64,000 bases of DNA, from positions 1,922,001 through 1,986,000 of the forward strand of contig CDPCPM010000370.1 in the NCBI GenBank assembly GCA_976551045.1, in the 5' to 3' direction. The translations under genes and the position numbers were made by a program. Source of the DNA: Glaucostegus cemiculus (Eukaryota). Below are positions 51,323 through 64,000 of this stretch, piece by piece. Position 1 is the first letter of the stretch; every line of letters begins with the position of its first letter. The notes beneath the pieces were generated by a model that did no database searches, was not told the origin of the DNA, and saw only the letters and a list, made by a program, of their open reading frames with translations.

Positions 51323-54300
51323 CTGCGAGAGAATGAAAGAAGAAATAGTAATGAAATCGGCAGGGAAATTTTGGGCTGGGGGAGAAGTGAATGTCGTTAT
51401 TTTATTCGTATTATTCCAACTGCGAAGGGGCACCATTTAATTCGGTTTCCCTGATCCTTCACACAGGTATACATCTTTCACGCGACGCTTCCTCTGATGC
51501 TGAATCAGTAAATTCAGCCTTTAGTTTAAGAGGGTGAGAAAAGTTAGGATAGTTGAATCTAATCTTTAATAGGACGAGACCTCGAAACAATATTAACTTA
51601 ACATGGGGAACACACTGGTTTCAAGAAGGCAATATTTCTTCTGGATTTTCAAATCCCTCAAATTGTCAAAATGAAGCATAAAACAAACAAAAAGCACAAC
51701 ACCAGCAGAGAATACCTTGGAAATGTAAGTGAACAATACATTCAAATAACAGAACGTGTCAACCCAAATATATGTTCACAGCGAAATGCGGATATTCAAG
51801 GTTCACTGCAATATAAACTGAGCAGGTGTTCCAACCGAATAAACAAGAAAAAATCCAGTGATATTAACGAATGGAATATAATCAAAAACACGGACTCGGC
51901 ACTCAACCTCATGTGACATGAATTGTCAAAGGCGTCCTTGCAGGTACAAGCAGACTCACATTATATATTTATATAATGGGAAATTATTATCTGCAATGAA
52001 CAGCATTGCACAGCATTGCATACGTTGTTGCTGGGCATTGTACATAATAATCAGATCCAGGGCCTGGTACAAATATGGAGAGATGAATAAAAGACAACGT
52101 GGAAACGTACATAATTTCGTTAAAAGCGAGGGTTGGGTGTAATAATCATGTCCCAATTTGGTTTTAACAGTGTCAAATCCACTTTCGAGAGAAGATTAAT
52201 GTCACATGAGCAGTGTCGTTTACACAGAGACATGGTATAATCTGATACTTAAAAAATTTCTTCTTCGTCAAAAACAAAATAATCTGTGATATGATGCAGT
52301 ATGATTTATGCAGTAAGTGATATGCTTCAAAATAATTAGTTCCGAGTTGTCAGATGTATTCGCCAACGGAATCTCAAACAAACATTCAGAGGTTTGTGCA
52401 CCATTGGAAATTGAGGTGTGTATTGCGATACGCAGGAGATGTTCTCGTCCATGTAAATGACCGAGGACCTACATCAAGGCCTACAATGACAACGGGACTT
52501 AAAGGGATATATACAGTTCGCATAAGTATGGATCCAGTGACATATGACCAACAATCCCAGACATAAGCACAAAATCCGTCACCACTACTAACCAGAGTTT
52601 CAAATGCATGAGGACGCCGACCCCTGCAGGTTACTCTCCAAACCACACACAAACTGCGGATGGGAAATCTAACTTCAGCATTTTTTCATCGCTGTATAAT
52701 CCTGCAACTGCTTACTCAACAACATCGCGAGAGAACCCGCAGCAGAAGGACAGCAGCCGTTCAGAGGACGGTACACCACCAGATTTTCGAAGTCAATTAT
52801 TTATCACCAATGCATGTTGTCCGTGCAAGTGAAGTTCAGATCGTGAAAGCAAAAAAAAAACTTAAATGATATAAACTAGTAGAGAACCATGTGTAAGCAA
52901 AGAGAGACTGGGTGACAAACATGAGGCAGAAACGAGTGTCAGACATAAGTTTAAAATACAATATGTATTCTGAGTACAGACGGGTTCGACTGATGTAATA
53001 AGGGCCAGGGTGATGCAATTACAAAGCCTGGTCTGATATAAACAGTTGCAGGCTGTTGTGAAATGTCGATAGCTGAAGGTTCCAGTTTAAATCTCTGAAA
53101 TTAATGGAGCGATGGACACATCCGTTTGATCCACAAGAGACACGCTTCAGCATAATATGTACAGCCACAGGGTCAACAGTTTCGAGAAATTGTGATATGT
53201 AAACGGAGGCAGGGAGGAGAGCAATGTAAAAAAATACCTGAAGTAATATTGGTTACTGCAGAGCATGCAGAATATGAACAGAGAGAAAGGCCAGTACGAC
53301 GTGCATAAAATTAGGGATGATATTAAATAAACAGATACCACTATTTGTCAGAAAGGACAGATAGAGTTTCAAAAGTAATTAGTATGTAGAAAATGAATAA
53401 TCCCTTTTATAACAGGAGAATGTCACAATGTTGATTGAAGAGCAAGCTCACAGAGAACCCAAATGCGCCACACTGGTACAAGCCTGGAGTCAGTATACTT
53501 CCTCAGGACCGGGCACAGGCCACTCTGGAAGGAATCTTGCCTCGGAGATCTGAGTAGTAATCCCAACACAAACTGAATCTTCTCCTCAAGCAGGCCTAGA
53601 GAATGCAGGGCTGCTCTAGAGTACATCACTCTTGGCAGCTAGGAGCCAAAGTGTACCCGAAGGATGACCAGTCCTCTGGCAACTAGTGATAGAGAAACCC
53701 AGGTACTTATGCGAGGCTCCTGATGGGGCTCAGGTGTGTGTCATTATGCAATCAATCCAGCATGGAATACATGTGCTGTACAACGAGGCATCGAAGGAAC
53801 CGAATCAAGGGCCAGGACTCAGAATCATGACAGAGAAAGTTTAGTGTAGCATAAACAAATGAAGAATTCGATACAACACATAGTGCTAGATATTTCACCT
53901 TGATATGCACAAGGGCAGGAACTGGGATAATATAAATGTGATTGAGATATTGGTGAAATATACAAAGATAATTATATCACTGAGAATGTATTTTAATATG
54001 TGAAGTCAGAAGTCATAAGTGACAGAAGCTAGATCAATAAAAGTTTGTATAACATGCACAAAATAAAGTACAATGTGTTTCTATCAGTGCAGGAAATCAA
54101 GTCTTATCTGCAGGAAAATTTTTCCGGTCGTTGTGAAATATAGATAGCTGAATGTTCCAATGTTAATTGGAAATAGAAAATCAACGAGTACAAACTCGCG
54201 TGTTTCAAGATGAGAGAAGTGCATTAACAAAATAAGCACCACGATGAGACCAATTATAATATTAATAGGTATAAGATCTCGCAATATTTATGTGGAGTCA

Positions 54301-57300
54301 TGGTCCAGTTGCATGTAAGAGGAAGAAGGCATGAAGTGATATTGCTTATTACAGTTCTTCCAGAATATGTAAAGTATCCAATGTCATACATATGGGACAA
54401 GATGAAATAAATGGTAAAGGGAGACCAGGGCTGGTGTGATGGAATCACGTGCAATGCATTGCGTCATATAAGCCGAAATGGGACAATACATGACACGTAC
54501 ATAGGGTGCGTCGCATAATTCACCTCGAGCAAGATGGGCTTTTTGTTATGTAAGAGTCAGGATATCATATGAAGAGTTCAACGTTACGTAGACAGGCACA
54601 AACAATTTGCTATTTCGGTGGAGATGGCATCCAAAATAACAATAACTTTGCATTTCAACATCGAAGGTCTTTGTTGATATGAATCTGACAAGACTTGAGT
54701 ACTCAGAGGCAAGACATAGAGTGAGTTAAACTGATACAGGACTCTGCGTAAAGCTCGCTTCCCTTGTAGTTGTCGTTTGTTCCTTTATATGCTACAATAT
54801 ATTCTTAGTGCTTTGCCGCATCCATTTTGAGCCCCACGTAATATGAATTTTGAGCCCCACCTGAAATCGCCTATTGTGTTATAAACTGAACTTAGACTTT
54901 GGAGAGAGAGAAAAGCAATAAAATCTGAGACATAACTAATGCAATATATATCTTGTCATGGAGATGAATCCTGGTGTTATATAAATATGTTGAACACTTT
55001 TTTTGGAATAAAAATATGAACACAATAATTAATGCCAAAGAGAATGTATTATCAGCAATACTAAGCCTTGTCCAACAACAACAGAGCCCCTGAATAATGC
55101 ATGTGGAAATACAAGACTTCATGTGATTGGATTATGTACAGAATCATCTGTTTTAAATGCAGACACATTGGTCACTCTTGTGCCATAACCTCAATTAACT
55201 CAACCGGTCAAGGACTCAAATAGTGCAAACTGCGATGGGGTGGGGGTGGGGGGTCCCTCAAATATATACAGAAACGTGGTGTAATATGGTATTGGCATGC
55301 AGGGTATCGTGGAAAAATGAATTATGGCATTTTGGAGACCATATATTTCTCTACGTCAAATGACTTTGGAGTACAGTTGTTGCAAATATTCCAGCCAATA
55401 ATTAAACTACATTCGGAAATTCAGGGGAGTTGTGATATGGGTTATTGCGGAAGCTGAATTATAATGTCGGTGGGTATATGAGAGGCTTAGTAAGTAAGTG
55501 AATATGGAAATTTTAGTAATATTTAAAGACGCGCAATGCTTTATGCAACCTGAGCAAACAAGGTGTCCATTATTTAGGAGAGGAAGGCATGAACTAAAAT
55601 GGCCTAAACCCTCAGTGGTGATTCCGTGTAATACAGAGACTTGAACAAATGAGTTGATTGCACATTTAATCTCCTCATTTTACATTGTGTTGATAAGAAT
55701 AGAGACGGAATGGTAACCACAGAGCTAAAAACAAACAAAGTATAATTTGAGAAAGGATATCGACCGGAGTGTCTCTGGGTGTGCAAGAAATATGCAGATC
55801 AACCTAAACACCGAACTCGTTTCACCTCTCTCCAGGTTCGGGCAGATTCAGGCTGCCAGGATATTGTATTGGTGATATTTGTGTTGAAAGACGGCATGAA
55901 CGCAGAAACAGTCTCGCATAAATGCGCAGTAACTCGGCTTAGCATTAGGTTTTCAGACTGGGTCACGGTGAGCATCCGAAGGGCGAAGATATTCACCTTG
56001 TTTCCTGAAGACAGTACCTCATAGAAGCCTTTCTCGCAGAAGTCTGATCTTGATGACTGTCCCGTTCGGTAAAATAACTGGTTGTCAGTTTTTGGGGACT
56101 GCAGTGCACATTTTGTTGCACAATCGGAAGTTTCTGCCGTCTGCAGGTCAGTGTCTGCGTTGTGCTAATGCCCACCTAGCGACATGGAAATCCAATGTAC
56201 CAGTACTGCTAACAGAGAGATGTCATCTGACTGACATTTCGCACAGGCCGCACTGAATATAGTGATCTGGGAGGTATTTGCCTTCAGATACTTGACATAA
56301 ATAGAGCTTGTCCCTGTACTCTAAAGTGTCTGTGAAAGGTCTCACGGCAGATGTCCAAGGAAGAGCGTGAGATCATTCAAATTTGTACTCAGGATACTTA
56401 TTGCACAAGCGCCATGCTCAACAGTGCTGCTGTTAGTGGCAATCTGCTGTGCACAAACTGGCTATCGATTTACTGAATTATTTTGATGTCCTCTCTAATA
56501 AAAGTGGCTGCGCCTTGGGTTTGGATGTCACGGGTCGTGGCCGATGCCATCAAACCTGGACACTATTTTTTTTTCAAAATGTAAGCATTTGGGATCAAAG
56601 GCAACACGGTTTCATTCTCCTTCCAAGCATGCTTGCACTTGGTCAGTTTGCATGTAGCAGAGCCTTCTGTGAATAGGCATCCATTGGAAAGACACACTGG
56701 ACATAGATATCTCATGTGTTTTAGCAGAAGAACCTTCAGAAACGCTTCCTTAATTTACCCCTTTATCCCAAATTCTGTAACTATCCTGGACATTTCGGTT
56801 CATTTTGCAGCAACTTTCACAATTTCTAAAAGTAATCAGGTTTGGCCAGTTACGACCAATCACGAAGTGACTTTCTTTAGCTTGGTTTCTGTGTCGAAAC
56901 CAACTGGACGAGAAGGAAGTGTTGATGAAAATAATCTCAGAGCTGGACTCCCAGGTCAGAATACCGAGACAGAAACAGAATAGAAGATCCCTGCAAGCAC
57001 AGAATTGAATAATAGAGAACCAAATACAAGTGTCTCAAACAATACAGCAACAAAAAGTACAATCCTAAGATGTTCCTCTGAACATTGTTCTTATAAACAA
57101 AGAAACACAAAAATAGAGATTGCATCCAGCTACAGGTTGAGCAAGGGTCCCGAGTTCTCACTGTTCATGGAAACATACCGAGTAATTTCGCGAGCAGAAC
57201 TGTATCCAATGCTCAGGTTGTGTGTAACACCAACATAACTTCGTTGTTCTTATGTTTTATATCTGTGTCCTGTGGCGGAACCGATATCAACGACCACTGA

Positions 57301-58181
57301 CACGCAGGAACATCATGGAACAAGCGGGCAGAAGTCCAAATCCTTGGTGTTGAGAGTGTTCTTTTTTCTGCGGCTTCTCTTCGTTGAAGCACAATTTTCC
57401 AACAATAACTGTTGATACCCAAATGCATTTATCTTTTTATTTCCTGAGGCATGCTGTTAAAATTCGAGTGTATTTCCATGTCCATGTCTGCTTTGTTGTC
57501 TGACTGGGCTTAACAGCACATGCCTTTTCTGTTTATTTCTCTGTTACACCCTTTCTGTCTGTGTGTATTTCTGTGAGGCTTAGATTCGTGTGATCGGATT
57601 GGTTTTCCCTCTGTGTGGCTCCCTGGTTCTGCTGTCAGCCGGCAAGCGGCACAAGAGGGCGCTGTTGGCTCATGTCCGAGACCCCATTCATTTCATCCAT
57701 CTGAAATATGGGTGCACAATAATTCTGCGTCTCTTTAATTGTTTCTAATGAAGGGACTTCGATTTAAAAACTTCGCTGTCTCTTTGTGAACATGCTGTTT
57801 GACCTGATGAGTGTTTTCAAGCATATTAATTTATTTCGTTCTGTGGCTGTGGCTCAGTTCCCCATTGCACATTGCTGCTTTCTTCACCAGACAATATTTG
57901 ACAAATAGTCCGACATCTTTCCACGGGAGTATGTTGTCCTCTGAAGGGTGTTGGAGCTTACTTTAGAGACAGTCGGCAGTGATTGGCCTGCAGCTCCTGC
58001 TGATTGGTTGATGGTTGGTTGTATTTCTAAGCGTTAAGCCAACCTTCTGCCCGCCTACATCTCCGGGGTCTTTCACTGAATGAAGCCCGTCCCAGCTCTG
58101 ATCTTGCTCTTCAATATTTCTCCTTTTCGTGTGAGCATAATGAAATTATTCGCATTCCAGTTCGACTCCCGAAAAGGAGCC

Positions 58182-58227
58182 ATGCTTTCTTCCTGTTTAC
58201 TGTTGATCCTAATGGCGCTGCTGCCAG
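58182..58227 (+). CDS. TCR V-alpha/delta leader exon
   Basis: MLSSCLLLILMALLP, G|gtgag. Confidence 0.85.
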
Positions 58228-58312
58228 GTGAGTCTCAGTGCATGTGCTTAGTTTATGTCCTGTAGGTCACAGTCATTCACAGGAAGTTTGAACTCTAAAT
58301 ATTTTGTTGCAG

Positions 58313-58619
58313 CAGCGAGTGCCGAAGATACGGTTTCCCAGGATCAGCCTGAACTAACGGTCCAGGATGGACAGACCATAATAATGAACTGCACTTACTC
58401 CACATCGTCTACATTTCCCTACCTTTTCTGGTACATACAGCGTTCCGGGGAAGCTCCGAGATACTTACTGAAGAGATTCGGCAAGGACGGGAAGGATCAG
58501 TCTTCAGATCTCCCTCCCCGTTTCTCTGCCGATTTGGACACGCAAAACAAATTATTTTCTCTGACTGTCTCCGGCGCAGTTCTCTCAGACTGTGCCGTGT
58601 ATCTTTGCGCTCTGAACCC
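58313..58619 (+). CDS. TCR V-alpha/delta segment 1 (followed by 23-RSS at 58620-58658)
   Basis: EDTVSQDQPELTVQDGQTIIMNCTYSTSSTFPYLFWYIQRSGEAPRYLL...LSDCAVYLCALNP. RSS cacacta-23-acaaaaact. Confidence 0.92.
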
Positions 58620-58939
58620 CACACTATGACAGGTGCGCAGACAATCGATACAAAAACTGTCAGGGAATCTCACAACCTCTCAACAGTTAACATCTGGGAC
58701 ACAGATTGTGATTGTATCACAAAAAATATTACTCTTACCACATCACTTAGGGATTATAACAAACTTTGCATTGAAGAAAAAACGCGTAATAATATAAGAA
58801 GGTAATTTAAAAAAGTTGAAGTAAGTTATTGCAACTCGTGCCCTCTCCGTCATTCAGTAAGGGTTGAGTGACATTTACCTCACGGCCACTAGATGCACAA
58901 GTTTAATATCTTTGATTATCTTAACATATATGGATCACC

Positions 58940-59570
58940 ATTTTGAACATAATCAGAGGCTGAAGAAAATTGGTATGTCCGCATCGACTGTCACCAACTT
59001 TTACTGATGCACCATAGAAAACATCCTATCTGGATGTATCACGGCTTGGTATGGCAACTGCCCTGCTCAGGACCGCATGAAACTGCAGAGAGTCGTGGAA
59101 ACAGCCCAGCGTACTAGGAACACCAGCCTCCCCCCTTTGGACTCTGTATTTACCTGTTATTGTCTTGGTGTAGCGGACAGAATAATCAGGGACCCCACTC
59201 ATCCGGGACATTCTCTCCTATCTCCTCTTCCATTGGGTAGGAGCACGAGAGCACGTACCACCAGTCTTAAGGACAACTTCTACCCCACTGTGATAAGACT
59301 ATTTAACATTTCCTTTATACAATGAGATGGACCCTGTCCTCACGATCTACCTTGTGTGACCTTGCAGCTTATTGCACTGCAATTTCACTGTAGTTGCGAC
59401 ACGTTATTCTGCACTGTTACTGTTTTTTACTGTACTACATCAATGCACTTTGTACGAACTACGTAACTACACTGTGTAATGAAATGACCTGTATGATCGG
59501 TTTGTAAGACAAACTTTTCACTGTACCTTGGTACAAGTGACAATAATAAACAAATACCAATACCAATAAT
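58940..59570 (+). mobile_element. Rex1/Babar-type LINE 3' fragment
   Basis: IENILSGCITAWYGNC, KLQRVVETAQ...RIIRDPTHPGHSLLSPLP...RTTSLKDNFYPTVIRL. Tail aataataaacaaataccaatacc. Confidence 0.8.
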
Positions 59571-60284
59571 CAAGTCTGTTCCACAGGATTTTCGCAAATA
59601 ATGACCATCCATTCACTTCTCATCTAAAACTGATTTATAAACTCTTATTGATTGACCATGACCGTGATTCTCTGCATGCTAGCTTGGAAGCATCGACTAC
59701 AAATCAACCCATAAAGTCCGATAAGGATCCTCTTCGTTACAGTCACTCTTCAGAGCACTGACAGAAACAAACACAGTTTGCACAATTTCTTCTCAGACCA
59801 TAAAGCTGTATTTCCAGAAATGAATTGCACGATTTTTGCACTCTCTTCAACATAAGCTTAACCTTCTATTAGTAGGCATTACTTTATCTAAGTCTCCGTA
59901 TCGGCAAAGTCCACAATAATTGCTGAAGAGGATCTCCACTCTTGTTCACAAATATACTTGCAATAAAGGCGGACACACCGTTTGTATTCATCCTCCGTCC
60001 AAACTTTGCACTGCCAGCGCCGCAAATCGAAATTAGAATTAACGATACCCCATGCTACATGGGCAGTGTGTCCTTTTAAGAAGAGCGATTTAATTCCTTG
60101 AAGGGTCATCGTCTGAATGGATACTTCTTTTTCTCTATCCCGAGATGCATTCCGCTCTCTTGAGCATTTGTAATATTTTCCAGTTTAATTTCAGATTGCA
60201 GCGCACGCGGTATTTTCAGTTCAGTTTAAATTTCCATCCATTTCACCACTGGAAAGAGGAACGCTAATCGCGGGCCGCACGGAC

Positions 60285-60400
60285 GTTGCGACGTCATAAA
60301 GCATGGAACAAAGTATCTGTCTGTTGATTGGTTGAATTGCGGACAAAAAAAAAGATAATCAAAAGTATAACGTAACCAATCAGCCAGGAGCCAATCAGAT
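60285..60400 (+). promoter_or_regulatory. Putative TCR V promoter: CRE-like cgacgtca and CCAAT boxes
   Basis: gcgacgtca near 60288 and ccaatcag at ~60376 and ~60391, about 170-270 bp upstream of ATG 60561. Confidence 0.35.
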
Positions 60401-60560
60401 ACCTGAGGAAGAATGCACGAGTCGAGCTGATTGGATGCCACCTGTTTCCACAGGCAGGAACGCTCCAACCAGCAGTGGCGCTGGATTTAACTCCACCTCC
60501 CTGAAAAATAAGGCATTTTCCAGCTCAAATTCTCTTGAATAGGGTCCACATTCTGCAGGC

Positions 60561-60606
60561 ATGGTCAATCTTTATTCACTGTTCACGGCAGCAGCTCTCC
60601 TGACCG
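60561..60606 (+). CDS. TCR V-alpha/delta leader exon
   Basis: MVNLYSLFTAAALLT, G|gtgag. Confidence 0.85.
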
Positions 60607-60788
60607 GTGAGTTCACTCGTGGCATGCACATACGATTCGGGTATCTTCGGTGTTCTGTTCAACTGTCAATCCAACGAGCAACCGAATGAAAATAGTGTTG
60701 ACAGCGAGAGATAAAGTCCGGGGGCGTTGGTGTGGCAGACAAAACGAAGTGAGGATATTTCATTTAGTTTATTTCTTTGCTCTTCCAG

Positions 60789-61089
60789 GATATTGCCGGG
60801 GAGACTCCGTTTCACAGACCCCGGCTGCGATCAACGTGCGAGAAGGGGGCAATATCCAGTTCCACTGTAATTACACAACAACCAGTAGCGATCCGAACCT
60901 TTTCTGGTACCGTCAGCATTCGGATGGTTCCATTGAGTTTCTCCTGCACAGACACAGGTACAGCGTCGAGTCGAGAAATACGGGGAGCCGCTTCTCGGCC
61001 ACTCTCGATCATTCGAAGACAACCGTCCCGCTCTCCATCGCTGAAGCCCAGCTGGAAGACTCGGCAGTGTATTACTGCGCCCTGAGACC
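60789..61089 (+). CDS. TCR V-alpha/delta segment 2 (followed by 23-RSS at 61090-61128)
   Basis: GDSVSQTPAAINVREGGNIQFHCNYTTTSSDPNLFWYRQHSDGSIEFLL...LSIAEAQLEDSAVYYCALRP. RSS cacagag-23-acaaaaact. Confidence 0.93.
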
Positions 61090-61198
61090 CACAGAGGCAA
61101 AGAGTGCGGCTGAACCTGCACAAAAACTCCTCTGCGTTGTCAGAGACGTCTGCAGCTGTGAACAGGAAAGATGCATTTGGGCGGGGACGCCGCGTTTC

Positions 61199-61474
61199 CT
61201 CTGTGTGTGTAGCTTTGTCGCGCAGAAGTACAGCGCCGTGTCTCGACTTCGGAACTCTCGATAATAAACTAGCCGCGTCTGACCGCAGTGACACTTATTC
61301 TCTCTCCCTGATATTGTTTTCTTTATTACACGCTCTGGACTATGCACGGCACTGTCTGTACCAGCGCAAGAAAATAGTGCAAGAGGTGTCGTGGGTCCAT
61401 TCATCCAGAGCATTTTCAGGTCCGGCCGGTGATGACAGACGGAGACTTCAGCACTCAATCCAAGAGAAATACAT
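61199..61474 (-). pseudogene. Degenerate V-domain pseudogene, inverted relative to V segment 2
   Basis: Across frameshifts: VLKSPSVITGR...C, WYRQ, SPERV, DTALYFCATK, then a cacagag heptamer with no good nonamer. Confidence 0.65.
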
Positions 61475-61999
61475 CTTAAAAACACACGCACAAAGTAAGT
61501 TCAGATGAGATTGGGTCAACAGCAATAAACTGAACGAAAACAGGTTAGTGAACAACATCGCCTGAACTGACGTATAAGCAACAACCGGTGGAGGGGATAT
61601 AGTTTATGCTGCACCGAGAAAAAACATCCAGGGAAATAATATGCATAGGATCAAACGCCGCGTTATCAGCGTCAGAGGAACCTTACTGTGAAGACGTCGA
61701 CCAGTCTGCAAGTGAATGGTCGTGTTGCTGAAGGGCTGGCCACCTTCCTGCTCTGGGATTGGCTGAAGAAAACTGTTGTTTCCTCATCACGGAAGTAGTT
61801 GTTTGTTAAGCAGTGTCTCAACCCGCCAACGATAATACAAGAAGCAGAAAGATAGCAATTGTGTGCAGCTTCATCCTCTGCATCTGAATCATCGGTTAGT
61901 CAAAGTCTCCTTTATACCTTTGGACACCCAAGTCTGGAATAACTTTGCAAGTTAGAATTTAGTGTGCCCCGCGTCAGTGAAAGACGGCCAGTTCTTGCT

Positions 62000-63350
62000 C
62001 AACCTAAAGTGCTGCTGAATAAGGTGCCTGTGAGCCTCCGACCAGAACTGCAGGGAGTAAATTGAAGGTTATCCCAGAGTGCTGCTGGTGAAGGGGAATG
62101 ACTATTTGAATCATTGAGACCGTGGCATGACGATATATTTCCAATCAGGATCTTGCGTGACAGGAAGGTGACGGTTCCGTGCGCCTATAGCATCCACCCT
62201 ACTTGGCGGCAAAGATCTTGTCTTTGAGGCAATCTCTCGGCGCAGCCAATGCGTGTTACCGCAGAGAGACAATGATCTTCTGAGCAGCCAGAAATATTGC
62301 GCCCTCTGCTGAAGTGGATGCAGAAATATCATAGCCCCGTGGATTCAACCGGCAACACAGCTCCAAGAACGATTAATGTTCCTCGGTGGCTCTATACCCG
62401 AGCAGTTTACGGGAGCTGCAAGGGTGACACCGACGCGGATAAGATGGAACATCCTGGAAACTGAATTGGACAAAGTGCACAGCGAATCCCATTTCGAGAT
62501 GAAGCAGGATGAACGGTGATTAAATGCAGAGAAATATTGGACAAACGGCTCCTGCTCACCAAATAGGTGACTGGGAAAAAATATCCAGAAGAATCAGAGT
62601 CAAGTGAAAGTATTGTTCAACATGAGAAATCACTGTGCTGACGGAAAAGAACGTCTCTTTAATTCCACAGCCTGCTATCACACGCTGCCGTCAGCCCTCC
62701 GCAGTATTCCGCGAAAATCCACAAAAACACAATCATTGACACATGTTCAAGGGCGGCGGAGCGGGGCCGCTATCCAGTTAATGTGAGCGCAGTGGAAACA
62801 GGTGGTTCGAGAGCGATCGGAGCTCCTGGGTATGCCAGTCAACGGATGTCACCAAGCAACGCATGCGCATTTGTGAACAAACCCCGGGCCCCGATATGCA
62901 TCACCCCATTCAGTGACTTTTGTTCCTATGGGAGTACTTATGTCCCCCGGTTACACAAACCAGGCATAGATTTCCGGCACTTTCTGAATGAATCGTCATG
63001 GTCGGTTGGTGGTCGATGCGAATTCAGTGGGCCGATTACTTCCTTACGTGCTTTTTCTCTTCATGACCCCCATCGGCCGAGCGACAACACTTGGACCACG
63101 GTGACGACAAAGATTTCTGCGATTCGGCTGCATACCATGCAAGGTTCTCTGCAGCTCAAAACAATCATACACCCTGACCCACTTGACAACGGAAACAGAT
63201 GCCGAGAGTATGTGTCCTCTCGTTGTGAGGTGAGTCAAGAATGGGTTCAGAATAACGATTCGTCCGTTCAAAGTAGGGGTGAGAACGATTTTCCTCTCCC
63301 CAGAGCCGCGAATCTTTGGAACTATCCACACCAGAGCGCTGTGGAGCCGT
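62000..63350 (+). mobile_element. Possible highly degenerate Penelope-like RT remnant
   Basis: PRLHKPGIDFRH resembles the Penelope RT PKIHKP.x.RP motif. Otherwise degraded, and boundaries are uncertain. Confidence 0.25.
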
Positions 63351-64000
63351 AGTCACTGATTGCGACAGGTAGCTGTTTGACACAAAGAGCCTGCACATTA
63401 TCGTTGCAGCTTTTTGTTTGACTGTAAATTTGAACACTGTGTCCAGTGCACCAGAATCCAAATCACTGGTGAAAATTCATGAAAACAGTTGTGGAGCTAC
63501 GATCGACCCCTGAAGGATACGTGGGAATAGATGCTTGCAGTCCGAAAGACGATCGGTCTCCTCTCTCGATCAACCCCTCAGCCAATTTAGCGTCCGTCCT
63601 CCCGCTTCCCTGTCCACCCAATGAGACTTAGATTTGCAACTCTTTCCATTTTATCAGACATATTTCAGAAGTCACTGGCCAAACAGCATCCTGACCAAAT
63701 GTCTCATGCACTGAGACCTTAACCTCTTGTTGCATATCTTGTATTCATTCAAGTTAATCAAATTTCTGAAAGCAACTTTAACTGAGGTGTTTATCTCGAC
63801 AGTACCTTCTGTTAGATTAATTAACAAGGGCGCGAGAAACAAAATGTTAGTTAATTTATTCAGAATTATGCAACATACAACTCTGATGCTCGGTGCTAAT
63901 TGTGGTTCCAGAGAGACTGTAATGCAGTATAAGTGGCACTGATTTCAGAGACTCCAACACATGAGCAGACTGTTCTCGCGGAAGATGCACGCGCCCGGGA

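Noticed and set aside
1-64000. Prokaryotic systems (CRISPR arrays, operons, rRNA/tRNA)
   Set aside because: The sequence is intron-containing vertebrate DNA. No repeat-spacer array or structural RNA gene was recognised.

Overview
Eukaryotic (vertebrate) DNA from an antigen-receptor locus, almost certainly from a cartilaginous fish (cluster-type IgH plus NAR-TCR). The minus strand carries an apparently intact NAR-TCR cassette: leader, NAR-type V, D and J at 45522-44258, then a leaderless supporting TCR-delta V with a perfect 23-RSS at 41852-41502. About 17.5 kb further downstream, in the same orientation, lies a complete IgM-type heavy-chain cluster (L, VH probably pre-joined to D1, one 12/12 D, JH, CH1-CH4 with secretory tail, TM1, TM2; 23997-10508). 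Two intact TCR V-alpha/delta segments lie on the plus strand (58182-58658, 60561-61128), with an inverted NAR-like V pseudogene next to the second. A GPR139/142-like GPCR exon (203-1107) and a frameshifted paralog (about 50430-51322) bracket the IgM/NAR-TCR block. The rest is LINE (Rex1/Babar, CR1), Penelope-like and LTR-derived repeats, microsatellites and two assembly gaps. The main signal is the co-oriented, 12/23-compatible juxtaposition of a NAR-TCR cassette and an intact IgM cluster. This would allow Ig/TCR chimeric receptors such as NARV-Vdelta-Cmu or NARV-Cmu. Two N-gaps lie between the cassette and the cluster, so the linkage needs confirmation.
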